64,000 bases of DNA from Limisphaerales bacterium (GCA_044230345.1 JBGARF010000017.1:24946-88945); one strand, 5' to 3'. Positions 18,088 through 27,414 are shown, counted from the stretch's first letter. Program-made: numbers and translations. The notes: generated by a model from the sequence alone, not told the origin.

Positions 18088-19113
18088 CTACCGCCAGTCG
18101 AGCACCACTTTTCCCGACTGCCCGCTGAGCATGGCCTGAAATCCCTGTTCAAACTCGGTGAAGGGGAAGCGGTGCGTGATGACCGGTCGAATGTCGAGGC
18201 CGCTTTCGAGCATGACGGTCATCTTGTACCAGGTTTCGTACATTTCGCGGCCGTAAATGCCCTTAATCGTGAGCATGTTGAAAACGACCTTGTTCCAGTC
18301 GATGGCGATCGCTTCGGACGGAATGCCGAGCATCGCGATTTTTCCGCCGTGACACATGTGATCGATCATGTCGCGGAACGCGGCGGGGCTGCCGGACATT
18401 TCCAGGCCGACATCAAATCCCTCTTTCATTCCGAGGTCGCGTTGCACGTCGTCCAGGGAGCCCTTTGTGGCGTTGAGCGCCACGGTGGCGCCCATCCGTC
18501 GCGCGAGATCGAGGCGGTAGTCGTTTACGTCGGTGACCACGATGAAGCGCGCGCCCGCGTGGCGGACGATGGCGGCGGCCATGATGCCGATGGGGCCGGC
18601 TCCGGTGATGAGGACATCCTCCCCCAGAACGTCGAAGGACAGCGCGGTGTGCACGGCGTTGCCGAACGGATCGAAGATGGCGGCGACGTCACGGTCGATG
18701 GACGGCTGGTGGTGCCAGACATTCGTCATGGGGACGGAGATGTATTCGGCGAAGGCGCCGGGGCGGTTGACTCCGATGCCTTTCGTGTCGGCGCAGAGGT
18801 GACGGCGGCCGGCGAGGCAGTTGCGGCAACGTCCGCAGACCACGTGGCCTTCGGCGCTGACGATGTCGCCGGGGGTGAAGTCGTTCACGTTGGATCCGAT
18901 TTGGATCACTTCACCGACGAACTCGTGCCCGACCACCATGGGGACGGGGATGGTTTTTTGGGCCCAGGCATCCCATTTGTAGATGTGCAGGTCCGTGCCG
19001 CAGATGCCGGTCTTATGGACTCGAATAAGCACGTCATTGATGCCGGGGACAGGCACGGGCACCTGTTCGAGCCAGAGCCCGGGCCGGGCCTGGGCCTTGA
19101 CCAGCGCCCGCAT
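18088..19113 (-). CDS. tdh: L-threonine 3-dehydrogenase
   Basis: From M62 of the track [24 protein letters not shown]...[13 protein letters not shown] aligns with the E. coli Tdh N-terminus. Zinc-ADH motifs GHEFVGEV and CGRCRNC are present. Alternative upstream starts are at 19194 and 19296. Confidence 0.9.
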   Translation of the reverse strand: MRALVKAQARPGLWLEQVPVPVPGINDVLIRVHKTGICGTDLHIYKWDAWAQKTIPVPMVVGHEFVGEVIQIGSNVNDFTPGDIVSAEGHVVCGRCRNCLAGRRHLCADTKGIGVNRPGAFAEYISVPMTNVWHHQPSIDRDVAAIFDPFGNAVHTALSFDVLGEDVLITGAGPIGIMAAAIVRHAGARFIVVTDVNDYRLDLARRMGATVALNATKGSLDDVQRDLGMKEGFDVGLEMSGSPAAFRDMIDHMCHGGKIAMLGIPSEAIAIDWNKVVFNMLTIKGIYGREMYETWYKMTVMLESGLDIRPVITHRFPFTEFEQGFQAMLSGQSGKVVLDWR

Positions 19114-19222
19114 CGTCGCTCCTGGCGCCGGGCTGATTTGTCGCTTGCCTCCGGGAGAAGCGCCCGGCACGGTGTGCAGTATGTCGGATGACATGTTCGA
19201 TATAGTAGAAGTCGGATTCTTA

Positions 19223-19246
19223 TATACAAGAGCTATTTCCTGTATA
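19223..19246. promoter_or_regulatory. candidate operator: TATACA-N12-TGTATA inverted repeat in an AT-rich divergent promoter region
   Basis: Perfect 6-bp arms at 19223..19228 and 19241..19246, inside the only low-GC stretch between tdh and the XRE/cupin regulator gene. Confidence 0.25.
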
Positions 19247-19260
19247 GTGGAGGGGCGATC

Positions 19261-19833
19261 ATGAGTGGCGCGCGGGCGGATTCGATTCACCGGCATTTGG
19301 GTGCGCGGGTGAAGCAGTTGCGGGCGGGGCGGGGATGGTCCTTGGAGGCGCTGGCCAACGCGAGCGGCGTGAGCCGCTCGATGTTGAGCCAGATTGAGCG
19401 GGAGCAGGCGAATCCGACCCTGGCGGTGACGTTGCGGATTGCGCAGGCGTTTGGGATGACCCTGGGTGAGCTGCTCGAGGTTCCGGGGGCGAGTTCATCG
19501 GTGGCGGTGATTCGGGCCAATGATCATGCCTACCACTATCGTTCGGACAAAGCCTGTCGCGTGCGCACGTTGAGCCCGTTGAACCTGGAGAAGGACGTGG
19601 AGTTTTACGAGGTGCAGCTGCAGCCGGGCGGGGCGCTGCGGAGCGCGGCGCACTTCGAGGGGACGCGGGAGTTTCTGACGGTGCAAAAGGGGCAGGTTCG
19701 GGTGGAGTCGGCCGGCGACGCGGAGGAGTTGGGGCCGGGGGATTCGGCGAGCTATCGAGCGGACGTGCCGCATGCCATCGTCAACGCGGGGAAGGGTGAG
19801 GCGGTGGTTTTTCTGGTGGATATCTATCGGTGA
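19261..19833 (+). CDS. XRE-family HTH transcriptional regulator with C-terminal cupin domain
   Basis: N-terminal HTH_3-like [35 protein letters not shown]-terminal cupin-like beta-rich half. Divergent from tdh. Confidence 0.85.
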   Translation: MSGARADSIHRHLGARVKQLRAGRGWSLEALANASGVSRSMLSQIEREQANPTLAVTLRIAQAFGMTLGELLEVPGASSSVAVIRANDHAYHYRSDKACRVRTLSPLNLEKDVEFYEVQLQPGGALRSAAHFEGTREFLTVQKGQVRVESAGDAEELGPGDSASYRADVPHAIVNAGKGEAVVFLVDIYR

Positions 19834-19996
19834 TCGCTCTCGGACGGTGTGTATGCCGGGCAAAAGAAGGTATTGAATGGGCAGTCGAGTCCTGGCTTCT
19901 CGGCTTGAACTTGCGGTTCCGATTCACCAGCATGCCCGGGTGTTTCCGTCCCGACGATCATTCGACTCCTCCAATTCCGCTGGAATACTGCCTCCC

Positions 19997-22528
19997 ATGA
20001 ATACCGCCGACCGAGTCAACCTTCGCCTGTCCAAGGTGTTTATTTGGGCGATTTTGTTCACCTCCATTGCCTCGCTGGGCGCAGGTCAGCGGGAGAAGGA
20101 TCCGGCCCAGGCCGAGTTTGGAGCCGCCGGAGTTTCGCTCCAAGTGACGAGCGTGGCTGACGACGGACCGGGGACGCTGCGCCGGGTGCTGCGAGATGCG
20201 GGCGCGGGGGCGGTGGTGACCTTTGCGACCAACCTGGCGGGGCGCACGCTGCTTTTGACCTCGGGCCAGCTTCGCGTTGAACGCAATGTGACGGTGGATG
20301 CGTCGTCGCTGGCAGGCGGCGTCCGGATCGATGGCAATCGGGCCGGCCGGGTGTTTTACGTGGGGACCAATACCGTGGTGGTGCTGAATGGCCTGACGAT
20401 CACCAATGGTCTGCTGACTTCATCGGACAGCTCGAGCTGGGGCGGGGGCATCGAGAACCGGGGCAACCTGACGCTGCGCCGGTGTGTTGTGGCTGGCAAC
20501 ACGGTGCAGGGCACGCCATCGACCGTGGCTTATGGCGGAGCGATCATCAACTATGGGGCGATGACGGTCGAGGAAAGCGCCTTGGCGGGGAACACCGTGC
20601 GGGCGAATGGTTCCAGTGGCTCGGCGTGGGGCGGGGCGATCTACAGCTTTGGCGTCCTGACGGTGCATCGCAGCACGTTTTCCGGCAATGCCGCGCGGGC
20701 TGCGGGAACGAGTTTTTGTCGCGCGTTTGGTGGGGCGGTGGTGGGTGGCGGGCCGCTGGTCGTGAATCAGTCCACGTTTTATGACAACACCGCGATCGCA
20801 GAGGTGGGTGAGGCGCAAGGGGGGGGCATTTACAGTCAGAGCACGTTTACGCTGAACCAGAGCACGATGGTGGGCAACTCCGCTGCGGTCAGTTCCGGGA
20901 CGGGGAGCGGCAGCCGGGGGGGCGGCATCGTCGGTGGGCGGCTCGGCATCACTCTCTTCAACTCGATCGTGGCGGGCAATTCCGCCTATGAAAGCACGAA
21001 TCTCACCGCGAATTTTGCGTCGGTGGGGAGCAACCTGGTCGACGGGGACCCGGCGTTGTATCCGCTGGGCAACTATGGCGGGCCGACGCCAACCATGCCG
21101 CCCCGGCCGGGCTCACCGGCGTTGAATCGTGGCAGCGATTCCGGCCCGATTAGCTTTCCCACGGACCAACGCGGCTTCCCGCGGCGGGTGGGTTCGGCGG
21201 TGGACTTGGGTGCCGTCGAGGCGGAACTGCAGGTGGCAGCGGGGCCGAGCGGCTTGCTGCTGCCCCCGAAAACGCTGGTGGCGATTGGCTCCAACCTCAC
21301 TCTGACCGTGAATCCTTCGGGCACCCCGCCGCTGATTTACCAGTGGTATTTCAACAAGAAGGCGGTGGCGGGCGCGACCAACGCCTCGTTTTCGCTGGCG
21401 GGCCTGCAGACCAAGAATGCCGGCTCCTATCAGGTACGGGTCTCGAATGCCTACGGAGCAGCCACCAGCGGCGTGGCCCAGGTTCAAACGCTGCTGCCGG
21501 TGACGATCAAAGTTCATCCAAAACCGGCATCGGTGCTGGCCGGGAAAAAGCTCACCTTGACCTCCGCGGCAGCCGGGGCGCCCCCCTTTTCGTATCAATG
21601 GCGGCGATCGGGTGATCCAATTCCGGGCGCGACCAACGCGGCGTTGACCATTCCGGTCGCCATGCCTGGCGACGCGGGCAGCTACACCGTGGTGGTTCGG
21701 AATGGAGTAAGTGAGGCTGTCACCAGCAACGCCGTGGTCTCGGTCTCACCGCTCCAAATCATGGCACAACCCAAAAGTCTGACCGTGGTGGCCGATAAAC
21801 TGGCGAAGTTCAGCGGCCGCGCCGTCAGCATGTTTCCCTTGAGCTACCAATGGCGGCAGGATGGAGAGGACCTGCCGGGCGCGACGAATGCGACGTTGAT
21901 TATTTCGCGCGCGCGACCGATGAATCGCGGGACCTATACGCTGACCTTCAGCAATGTCGCCGGCAGCCTTACCACCACGGGCGCGGTGCTGGGGGTCACG
22001 GTAATCCCGGTCAAAATCACGGCGCAGCCTCGTGGCGCGACGGTGCGCGCGGGCAACCGGGCGTCGTTCTCCGTGGCGGCCACCGGGACCTTGCCCCTGA
22101 CCTATCAATGGCGGCTGGGCAATACGGAGCTCACCGGTGCGACCAATGCGTCGCTCGTGCTCACGAACGTCCAGCTTTCCGATGCGGGAGTGTATTCCGT
22201 GATCGTGAGAAATGTGGAAACATCCGCCACCAGTTCCAACGCGACGCTGGTGGTTAGAAGCGCGGCGCTGGCGCTCAGCCCTGCAAGTGTCTCGGATGTC
22301 CCCGCCTCGGGACGGCTTGAGATTGGAACCACTCCGGACGGGCAGCTGCGGATTGCCATTTTCGCTCCGGCTGGAATCCGGACGACGTTGGAGGGCAGCG
22401 CGGATCTCGTCGGCTGGAGTGACGTGGCCACGTTGGTGGGCGAAGGCGAGACTGTCCCCGTAGTGGTGAACGACACGCAGGCGACGCCAGATTCGCGCCG
22501 GTTTTATCGGCTCCGACAGGAGCCTTGA
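19997..22528 (+). CDS. secreted beta-helix (choice-of-anchor-Q-like) protein with four Ig-like (I-set-like) domains
   Basis: Likely start is M41 (ATG at 19997), giving a hydrophobic signal. Beta-helix repeats are followed by DQRGFPRRVGSAVDLGAVE. Four Y-Q-W-(R/Y) ... GATN ... D/NAG-x-Y Ig units. Shared C-terminal module ends RRFYRLRQEP. Confidence 0.8.
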   Translation: MNTADRVNLRLSKVFIWAILFTSIASLGAGQREKDPAQAEFGAAGVSLQVTSVADDGPGTLRRVLRDAGAGAVVTFATNLAGRTLLLTSGQLRVERNVTVDASSLAGGVRIDGNRAGRVFYVGTNTVVVLNGLTITNGLLTSSDSSSWGGGIENRGNLTLRRCVVAGNTVQGTPSTVAYGGAIINYGAMTVEESALAGNTVRANGSSGSAWGGAIYSFGVLTVHRSTFSGNAARAAGTSFCRAFGGAVVGGGPLVVNQSTFYDNTAIAEVGEAQGGGIYSQSTFTLNQSTMVGNSAAVSSGTGSGSRGGGIVGGRLGITLFNSIVAGNSAYESTNLTANFASVGSNLVDGDPALYPLGNYGGPTPTMPPRPGSPALNRGSDSGPISFPTDQRGFPRRVGSAVDLGAVEAELQVAAGPSGLLLPPKTLVAIGSNLTLTVNPSGTPPLIYQWYFNKKAVAGATNASFSLAGLQTKNAGSYQVRVSNAYGAATSGVAQVQTLLPVTIKVHPKPASVLAGKKLTLTSAAAGAPPFSYQWRRSGDPIPGATNAALTIPVAMPGDAGSYTVVVRNGVSEAVTSNAVVSVSPLQIMAQPKSLTVVADKLAKFSGRAVSMFPLSYQWRQDGEDLPGATNATLIISRARPMNRGTYTLTFSNVAGSLTTTGAVLGVTVIPVKITAQPRGATVRAGNRASFSVAATGTLPLTYQWRLGNTELTGATNASLVLTNVQLSDAGVYSVIVRNVETSATSSNATLVVRSAALALSPASVSDVPASGRLEIGTTPDGQLRIAIFAPAGIRTTLEGSADLVGWSDVATLVGEGETVPVVVNDTQATPDSRRFYRLRQEP

Positions 22529-22548
22529 CCGGGCGGGGCGGATCAGAG

Positions 22549-23616
22549 CTACGCGGGCTCCTGCTGGCTGATGCAGTGGAAAGAGCCCAGACCCCAAATC
22601 AGTTCGGAGGAGTCCACGCCGATGACCTTTCGGTTGGGGAATTCTTCCTGGAGAATCCGGAGCGCCTCGGCGTCCTGCGCGTCGCGATAGGTGGGGACGA
22701 GGACGATTTTGTTGGCGATGTAGAAATTGGCGTAGCTGGCGGGGAGGCGCTGGCCCTGATACTCGATTCGGCGGGGCATGGGCAGCTTCACCACCCTGAA
22801 CAGCTGGCCGTGCTGATCCCGGGCCAAGCGCAGGCGCCGGAGGTTCTCCTGCAGGGCGGCATAGTTGACATCGTCAATGTCGTCCTCGGACACGGTCACG
22901 ATCGTGTTCGCATTAACAAACCGGGCGAGGTCGTCCACGTGGCCGTCGGTGTCATCACCGGCAATGCCGTCACCGAGCCAAATGATTTGCCGGACCCCGA
23001 AGTAATTTCGGAGGTACTGGGTGATCTGGGTCTGGTCGAGTTGTGGATTGCGGTTGGGGTTCAGCAGGCACGATTCCGTGGTGAGCAGAGTGCCGAGGCC
23101 ATTGACGTCGACGGAGCCGCCTTCCATGACGATGCCCGGGCTGAAGAGCGGCAGGTTGCGGAGCTTGGCGACGTGTTGGGGGACGGCGTCGTCGAGATCA
23201 TACGGAGGATATTTGTCGCCCCAGGCGTTGTAGCCCCAGTCGACGATGGCCCGTTCGTGGCGACCGGCGCGGTCACGCACCAGAAAGATGGGGCCGTGGT
23301 CCCGGCACCAGGGTTCGTAGGCGGGGAAGTGATGAAAGAAAACCCGGCGGAGCGGAACCTTCTCGCGGGTCAGAAAACTGCGCACCGTCTCTTCCATCTC
23401 GGCGTTCCAGACGTTGAGGTTGACGTCTTCAACCTCGACGAGATGGCGGATGAGCGCGGCGTAAACGGGTGGAACCGTGTCGTATTTGTCGGGGAAACTG
23501 ATGCCTTCGGGGCGCGGCCAGGAGAACCAGGTGCCGGCGTGAGGCTCCCATTCGGCGGGCATGCGAAAGCCGAGCTTGGCGGGGAGGTTTTGCGATTGAA
23601 TGATGGTGGTACTCAT
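22549..23616 (-). CDS. aguA: agmatine deiminase (PAD_porph family)
   Basis: 355 aa. N-terminal MPAEWEPHAGTWFSWP and C-terminal catalytic GSFHCISQQEP are typical of agmatine deiminases. Confidence 0.9.
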   Translation of the reverse strand: MSTTIIQSQNLPAKLGFRMPAEWEPHAGTWFSWPRPEGISFPDKYDTVPPVYAALIRHLVEVEDVNLNVWNAEMEETVRSFLTREKVPLRRVFFHHFPAYEPWCRDHGPIFLVRDRAGRHERAIVDWGYNAWGDKYPPYDLDDAVPQHVAKLRNLPLFSPGIVMEGGSVDVNGLGTLLTTESCLLNPNRNPQLDQTQITQYLRNYFGVRQIIWLGDGIAGDDTDGHVDDLARFVNANTIVTVSEDDIDDVNYAALQENLRRLRLARDQHGQLFRVVKLPMPRRIEYQGQRLPASYANFYIANKIVLVPTYRDAQDAEALRILQEEFPNRKVIGVDSSELIWGLGSFHCISQQEPA

Positions 23617-23668
23617 ACGCTCAGGTGAAACGGCGAACGGCAGCGTGGGAACGGAATACCGCGGAGGT

Positions 23669-23831
23669 CATGGGAAGCGGCCCGTTCTTTTCAGACCTGC
23701 TCAATTCGTTGAATTGGGAATTTGACATTGATTATTGGTTATTGGGAATCGACCCGTATCCGTTGGCTACCCGCGATTACCAATAACCATTTCTCAATTC
23801 GAGATTCCAAATGCGGCTCATGGGAAGCCAC
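23669..23831. repeat. 163-bp composite element U, copy 1 (family-B ends flanking a low-GC imperfect palindrome)
   Basis: Direct repeat of 24026..24188 with only about 4 mismatches. The core has arms 23735..23751 (ttggttattgggaatcg) and 23774..23789 (cgattaccaataacca), which can pair over 15 of 16 positions. Confidence 0.9.
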
Positions 23832-23952
23832 CCGTTCTTTTTAGACCTGCTCACCAGACATGAACCGGCGGACTGCTCCACCTCACCCGGTTCCGACCTC
23901 GCTCGGGCGAGTTCGGAACCTGCCCTCTCCCCCGCAGGGCGGCGGAGAGGGT
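23819..23952. repeat. 134-bp element E (family B unit plus REP-like GC hairpin block), plus orientation
   Basis: catgggaagccacccgttcttttt...ccacctcacccggttccga...ctgccctctcccccgcagggcggcggagagggt. The reverse complement recurs at 25272..25405. Confidence 0.85.
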
Positions 23953-24025
23953 GTCCGCGCCGGGCCGTTCGATTGACAGGTTGCCGAATCTCCGCGTCGC
24001 ATGCCTTCTGGTTGATCCTCCCGTT

Positions 24026-24188
24026 CATGGGAAGCGGCCCGTTCTTTTTAGACCTGCTCAATTCGTTGAATTGGGAATTTGACATTGATTATTGGTTATT
24101 GGGAATCGACCCGTATCCGTTGGCTACCCGCGATCACCAATAACCATTTCTCAATTCGAAATTCCAAATGCGGTTCATGGGAAGCGGC
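24026..24188. repeat. 163-bp composite element U, copy 2
   Basis: Lies 357 bp downstream of copy 1 in the same orientation. It abuts the stop codon of the aldo/keto reductase gene. Confidence 0.9.
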
Positions 24189-25123
24189 TAGGGCAGCGAC
24201 TCGCCGCGTGCCGCGCAGAACAGCCGATACCAGTCTTCGCGGGACAGTTCGATCCGGTCCGCTTGGATTGCCTCGCGAATGCGGGCTGGATCGACGGAGC
24301 CGATGATGGGCTGTATGCCGGCGGGGTGCCGCAGAAGCCAGGCGACGGCGATCACGGAGCGAGGAGCGCCGTGCTTGGTGGCCAATTCATCCAGCAGGAC
24401 ATTGATGGCGTCAGTTTGATAGCCCTCTTGCGAACGGAGCAGCCGCTTGGCACCACCGCCAAGCTTGCCGCCGGCGAGCGGGCTCCACGCCATCGGGGTC
24501 AGTCGATGGGCCAGGCACTGGTCCAGCGTGCCATCTTCCAAGCAGGCCATCCGGGCCAGGCTGATCTCGACTTGATTGACCACCAGCGGCATGGGGCAGG
24601 CCTTTTGCAGAGCCTCGATTTGCGACGGACGAAAGTTGCTCACACCGAAGTGGCGGACTTTGCCGGCGGCCTTCAGCGCGGAAAAAGCGGACGCGACCTC
24701 GGCCGGGTCCATCAGATAATCGGGCCGATGCAGCAGAAAGAGGTCGATGGTTTCAACTCCGAGACGCTGGAGCGAAGCGTCGCAACAGCTGAGCAGGTAG
24801 TCGCGGGAAAAGTCGTAGCGGTAAGGTGCCTCGGGGGTGGGCACGCCGGGTTTGCGGATGCCGCACTTTGTGGCGATGACAATCTGCCGGCGAATCGACG
24901 GGGACTCTTTCAAGACGCGCCCGAACTGGCGTTCGGATTCGCCGGCGGCGTAGATGTCTGCCAGATCAAACAGCGTGTAACCCGCTTCAAAAGCCGTGAG
25001 AACCGCCTGGCGTCCACCTGCGCCGTCGTGGTCGCCGGGGCCGGGTTGATCCGCGACGCGCCAGCAGCCGTAGGCGAGACGGCTGGCCACGAGGTCGGAT
25101 GAACCGATGGAGATGTTCTTCAT
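24188..25123 (-). CDS. aldo/keto reductase family oxidoreductase
   Basis: 311 aa. AKR landmarks: LAYGCWR, FDLADIYA, ATKCG, LLHRPD, VRHFGVSNF. Confidence 0.88.
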   Translation of the reverse strand: MKNISIGSSDLVASRLAYGCWRVADQPGPGDHDGAGGRQAVLTAFEAGYTLFDLADIYAAGESERQFGRVLKESPSIRRQIVIATKCGIRKPGVPTPEAPYRYDFSRDYLLSCCDASLQRLGVETIDLFLLHRPDYLMDPAEVASAFSALKAAGKVRHFGVSNFRPSQIEALQKACPMPLVVNQVEISLARMACLEDGTLDQCLAHRLTPMAWSPLAGGKLGGGAKRLLRSQEGYQTDAINVLLDELATKHGAPRSVIAVAWLLRHPAGIQPIIGSVDPARIREAIQADRIELSREDWYRLFCAARGESLP

Positions 25124-25271
25124 CTGCGTAATCTGTGCTTCGGGAGGTTAAGCACCGCGGCTGAACTCGGGAAAGAGAAATTCGGGGAGTGCTTCCCATG
25201 AACCAGAGGATCGACGAGCAGGCTTACGACGCGGAACCCCGGCCACCTTTCATTTGAACCGACCATCGCGA

Positions 25272-25405
25272 GACCCTCTCCGCCGCCCTGCGGGGGAGAG
25301 GGCAGGTTTCGATCCCGCATTGCGGGATCGGAACCGGGTGAGGTGGAGCAGTCCGCCGGTTCATGGCTCGTGAGCAGGTCGAAAGGGAACGGGCGGCTTC
25401 CCCTG
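25272..25405. repeat. 134-bp element E, inverted copy
   Basis: Reverse complement aligns with 23819..23952 along its whole length, apart from the loop of the central hairpin. Confidence 0.85.
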
Positions 25406-25471
25406 AACCTGCCCGCCTTCCCACCAACTGCGGTCGTCGGTTGGCCCGAAGAAACGCGGCGTTGGTCATGC

Positions 25472-27211
25472 TCAGCGGGCTACTCCGCCGTTGGAGTTTA
25501 TGAGGCGTTCCAGCTTCTCCAGCCGTTGTTCCAACTCGCGAAGGCGCGCGTCCTTTTCCTCAACCTTCTGGTTCAGCCCCTGGATTGCAGCCAGCGCCAC
25601 GCCATCAGCGTCCACCGTGGCGATGTGCCGGTCATCCGTGCCAAGGCCGAAGGCGGCGTGAAAATCCTGAGCCATGGGACCGACATGCGGCGTGGTGGCA
25701 TCACCGATGAAGTTCCAACGACTGATGTTCAGTCCGGTCACCTTGCGCAGGACATCGCGTGGGCTCACGGGCGCGAAATTCTCCTTGAGATGGCGATCGC
25801 TCGGCGGATTGAACGCCGTCGCTGTCACCGTGCCGACGACATGCAGCGCGCTGGCCGGGGCGTTGGTTCCGATGCCGACGCCTGCGCCTGTGATGCGCAA
25901 GCGTTCATTGCCGGCGGTCGAGAGCGCGATCTGGTTGTTCGCGGGCCGAAAGATTCCGGTGTCATTGTCACCGCGAAAGGCGAAGCTTGGGGCGCCCACG
26001 GTTCCGGGATTCGGGAGAATCTGGGTCTCGGTGAAGATGGCGCCGCTGGCGAGGATGTCTCCGTTGACGTGCAGTTTTTCGGTTGGAGCGTTCGTACCGA
26101 TGCCAACATTACCGTTCACCACGGCGAGCGAAGTTCCCCAAGTGTTCGGGGTCACGCGAGTTTTGAAGAGATAGTCCCAACTCGAGTTGAAGCTGGCTCG
26201 GCCGCCCGCATAGGAGTTGTTCGAGTTCAGCCACACCCAGGCCGTCAGTAAGGGAGGCGGAGACACGCTGAAACGAATCGTGTATTTGCTCCCGGCCTGG
26301 ACTTGTGGCGGTGAAGTCAGCGGAAAACTCTGAAAGCCGCTCGGATTGACAAAAGTCACCGACTCAGTGGCGAGCAAGGTTCCAGCGGTACCCTGGCCGG
26401 CATAGATCTGGATCGTTCCCGGCCAGCTGTCACCGCTGGGTGATCCTACATAGAGCTCGATCAGGGTGAGCGCGCCGGAAGCATCGGGAGTGAACGACTG
26501 CCATTGGTCCAACGTGCCCTGGACCAAGGTGTAGACGGTCACCTGTTGATCCAACGCCTCCGGACCGGTCGTCGAGAAGCCAACGACTTCCAGCGGCCCG
26601 ACCGGATTGGTGGCCCCGATGCCAACATGACCGGCATCGTAGTAAATGTTCATCCCCGACTTGGTCCACAGGCCGATGTTGGGGTTGAGCTTTTCCGCGG
26701 TAATCGTCGCGTCGGCGATGCCAGCGGCGGTGACGGAATTGGTGGCGACGGCGGTGGCGACAGCAGCGGAATCCGCCGTGAGCGCGTTATTCGCAACGCC
26801 GGCCTGCGTGGCGTGGAGGGCGTAGGGAGCGGCGGTCAGCGTTTGGCGAGGAGAAAGAGCGACAAAACTCGCGGCGCGGTTGGTCGTGTTGGTGCGGACG
26901 TCGATCTGCAGCCAATAGGCGGTTCCGTCGAAGACATTGGCCCCAAAATTCAGGCTGGTGGCGAAACGGCCATTGGTTACCGCAACGTCCAGGTTGGTGA
27001 TGGGGCCGTAGGCGGCGCTGGCCGCGGTCGCGCTCCGGAAAAGGCGGAAGCTGAAATCGTAGTCGCCATTGACCGGACCGTTCGTGTCGTTCAACTGGCC
27101 CTGGTAGGTGAAGCTGCTGTCGATCGTTGCGGCCGCTGCGGGGAGGGGAGTCCACGCGCCCAGGGCAGCGGCGGCGGGAGCAAGGAGGGAGAGAAGGGAA
27201 CTGATCTTCAT
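25472..27211 (-). CDS. secreted tail-fibre-like protein with C-terminal Peptidase_S74 intramolecular-chaperone domain
   Basis: Signal peptide MKISSLLSLLAPAAAALGA. C-terminus SDRHLKENFAPV...GVALAAIQGLNQKVEEKDARLRELEQRLEKLE matches the S74 autoproteolytic chaperone pattern (SD-x-R-x-K-x-N) plus a coiled coil. Confidence 0.8.
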   Translation of the reverse strand: MKISSLLSLLAPAAAALGAWTPLPAAAATIDSSFTYQGQLNDTNGPVNGDYDFSFRLFRSATAASAAYGPITNLDVAVTNGRFATSLNFGANVFDGTAYWLQIDVRTNTTNRAASFVALSPRQTLTAAPYALHATQAGVANNALTADSAAVATAVATNSVTAAGIADATITAEKLNPNIGLWTKSGMNIYYDAGHVGIGATNPVGPLEVVGFSTTGPEALDQQVTVYTLVQGTLDQWQSFTPDASGALTLIELYVGSPSGDSWPGTIQIYAGQGTAGTLLATESVTFVNPSGFQSFPLTSPPQVQAGSKYTIRFSVSPPPLLTAWVWLNSNNSYAGGRASFNSSWDYLFKTRVTPNTWGTSLAVVNGNVGIGTNAPTEKLHVNGDILASGAIFTETQILPNPGTVGAPSFAFRGDNDTGIFRPANNQIALSTAGNERLRITGAGVGIGTNAPASALHVVGTVTATAFNPPSDRHLKENFAPVSPRDVLRKVTGLNISRWNFIGDATTPHVGPMAQDFHAAFGLGTDDRHIATVDADGVALAAIQGLNQKVEEKDARLRELEQRLEKLERLINSNGGVAR

Positions 27212-27414
27212 GATGGCGGGTTGGGTTTGATGTTTGGAAAGGGTTGGGGCGGGTGATACTTCGTGTTCGCCGCGGGCGGCTTCTGCGGGCCGGGCGTCGC
27301 GGAGCGACCGCTACGTTTCAGTGTGACGCGGACCAGGCAGAACGGGCACGCGCCATCCAGAGCCTGGTCCGAATGCAGGCGTCCACAGCGGGGGCATTCA
27401 ATTCGTCGGCTCAT
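27208..27414 (-). CDS. candidate 68-aa zinc-ribbon micro-protein (kinase-N-terminus-like CxxCG...CPxC)
   Basis: The internal ATG of track ORF 27208..27564 gives MSRRIECPRCGRLHSDQALDGACPFCLVRV..., followed by a Pro-rich tail. Mostly G/C third positions. The stop overlaps the next gene's ATG (ATGA at 27208..27211). Starts 41 bp after the upstream stop. Confidence 0.35.
   Translation of the reverse strand: MSRRIECPRCGRLHSDQALDGACPFCLVRVTLKRSGRSATPGPQKPPAANTKYHPPQPFPNIKPNPPS

Noticed and set aside
23669-24188. CRISPR-like array
   Set aside because: Only two copies are present. The 163-bp units are far longer than CRISPR repeats. The spacer itself contains other repeat families, and there are no cas genes.
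25472-27211. Prophage remnant suggested by the tail-fibre/S74 domain
   Set aside because: The protein has a bacterial signal peptide, and no capsid, terminase, integrase, portal or baseplate genes are nearby. The neighbours are cellular exoprotein genes, so it is more likely a domesticated surface fibre.
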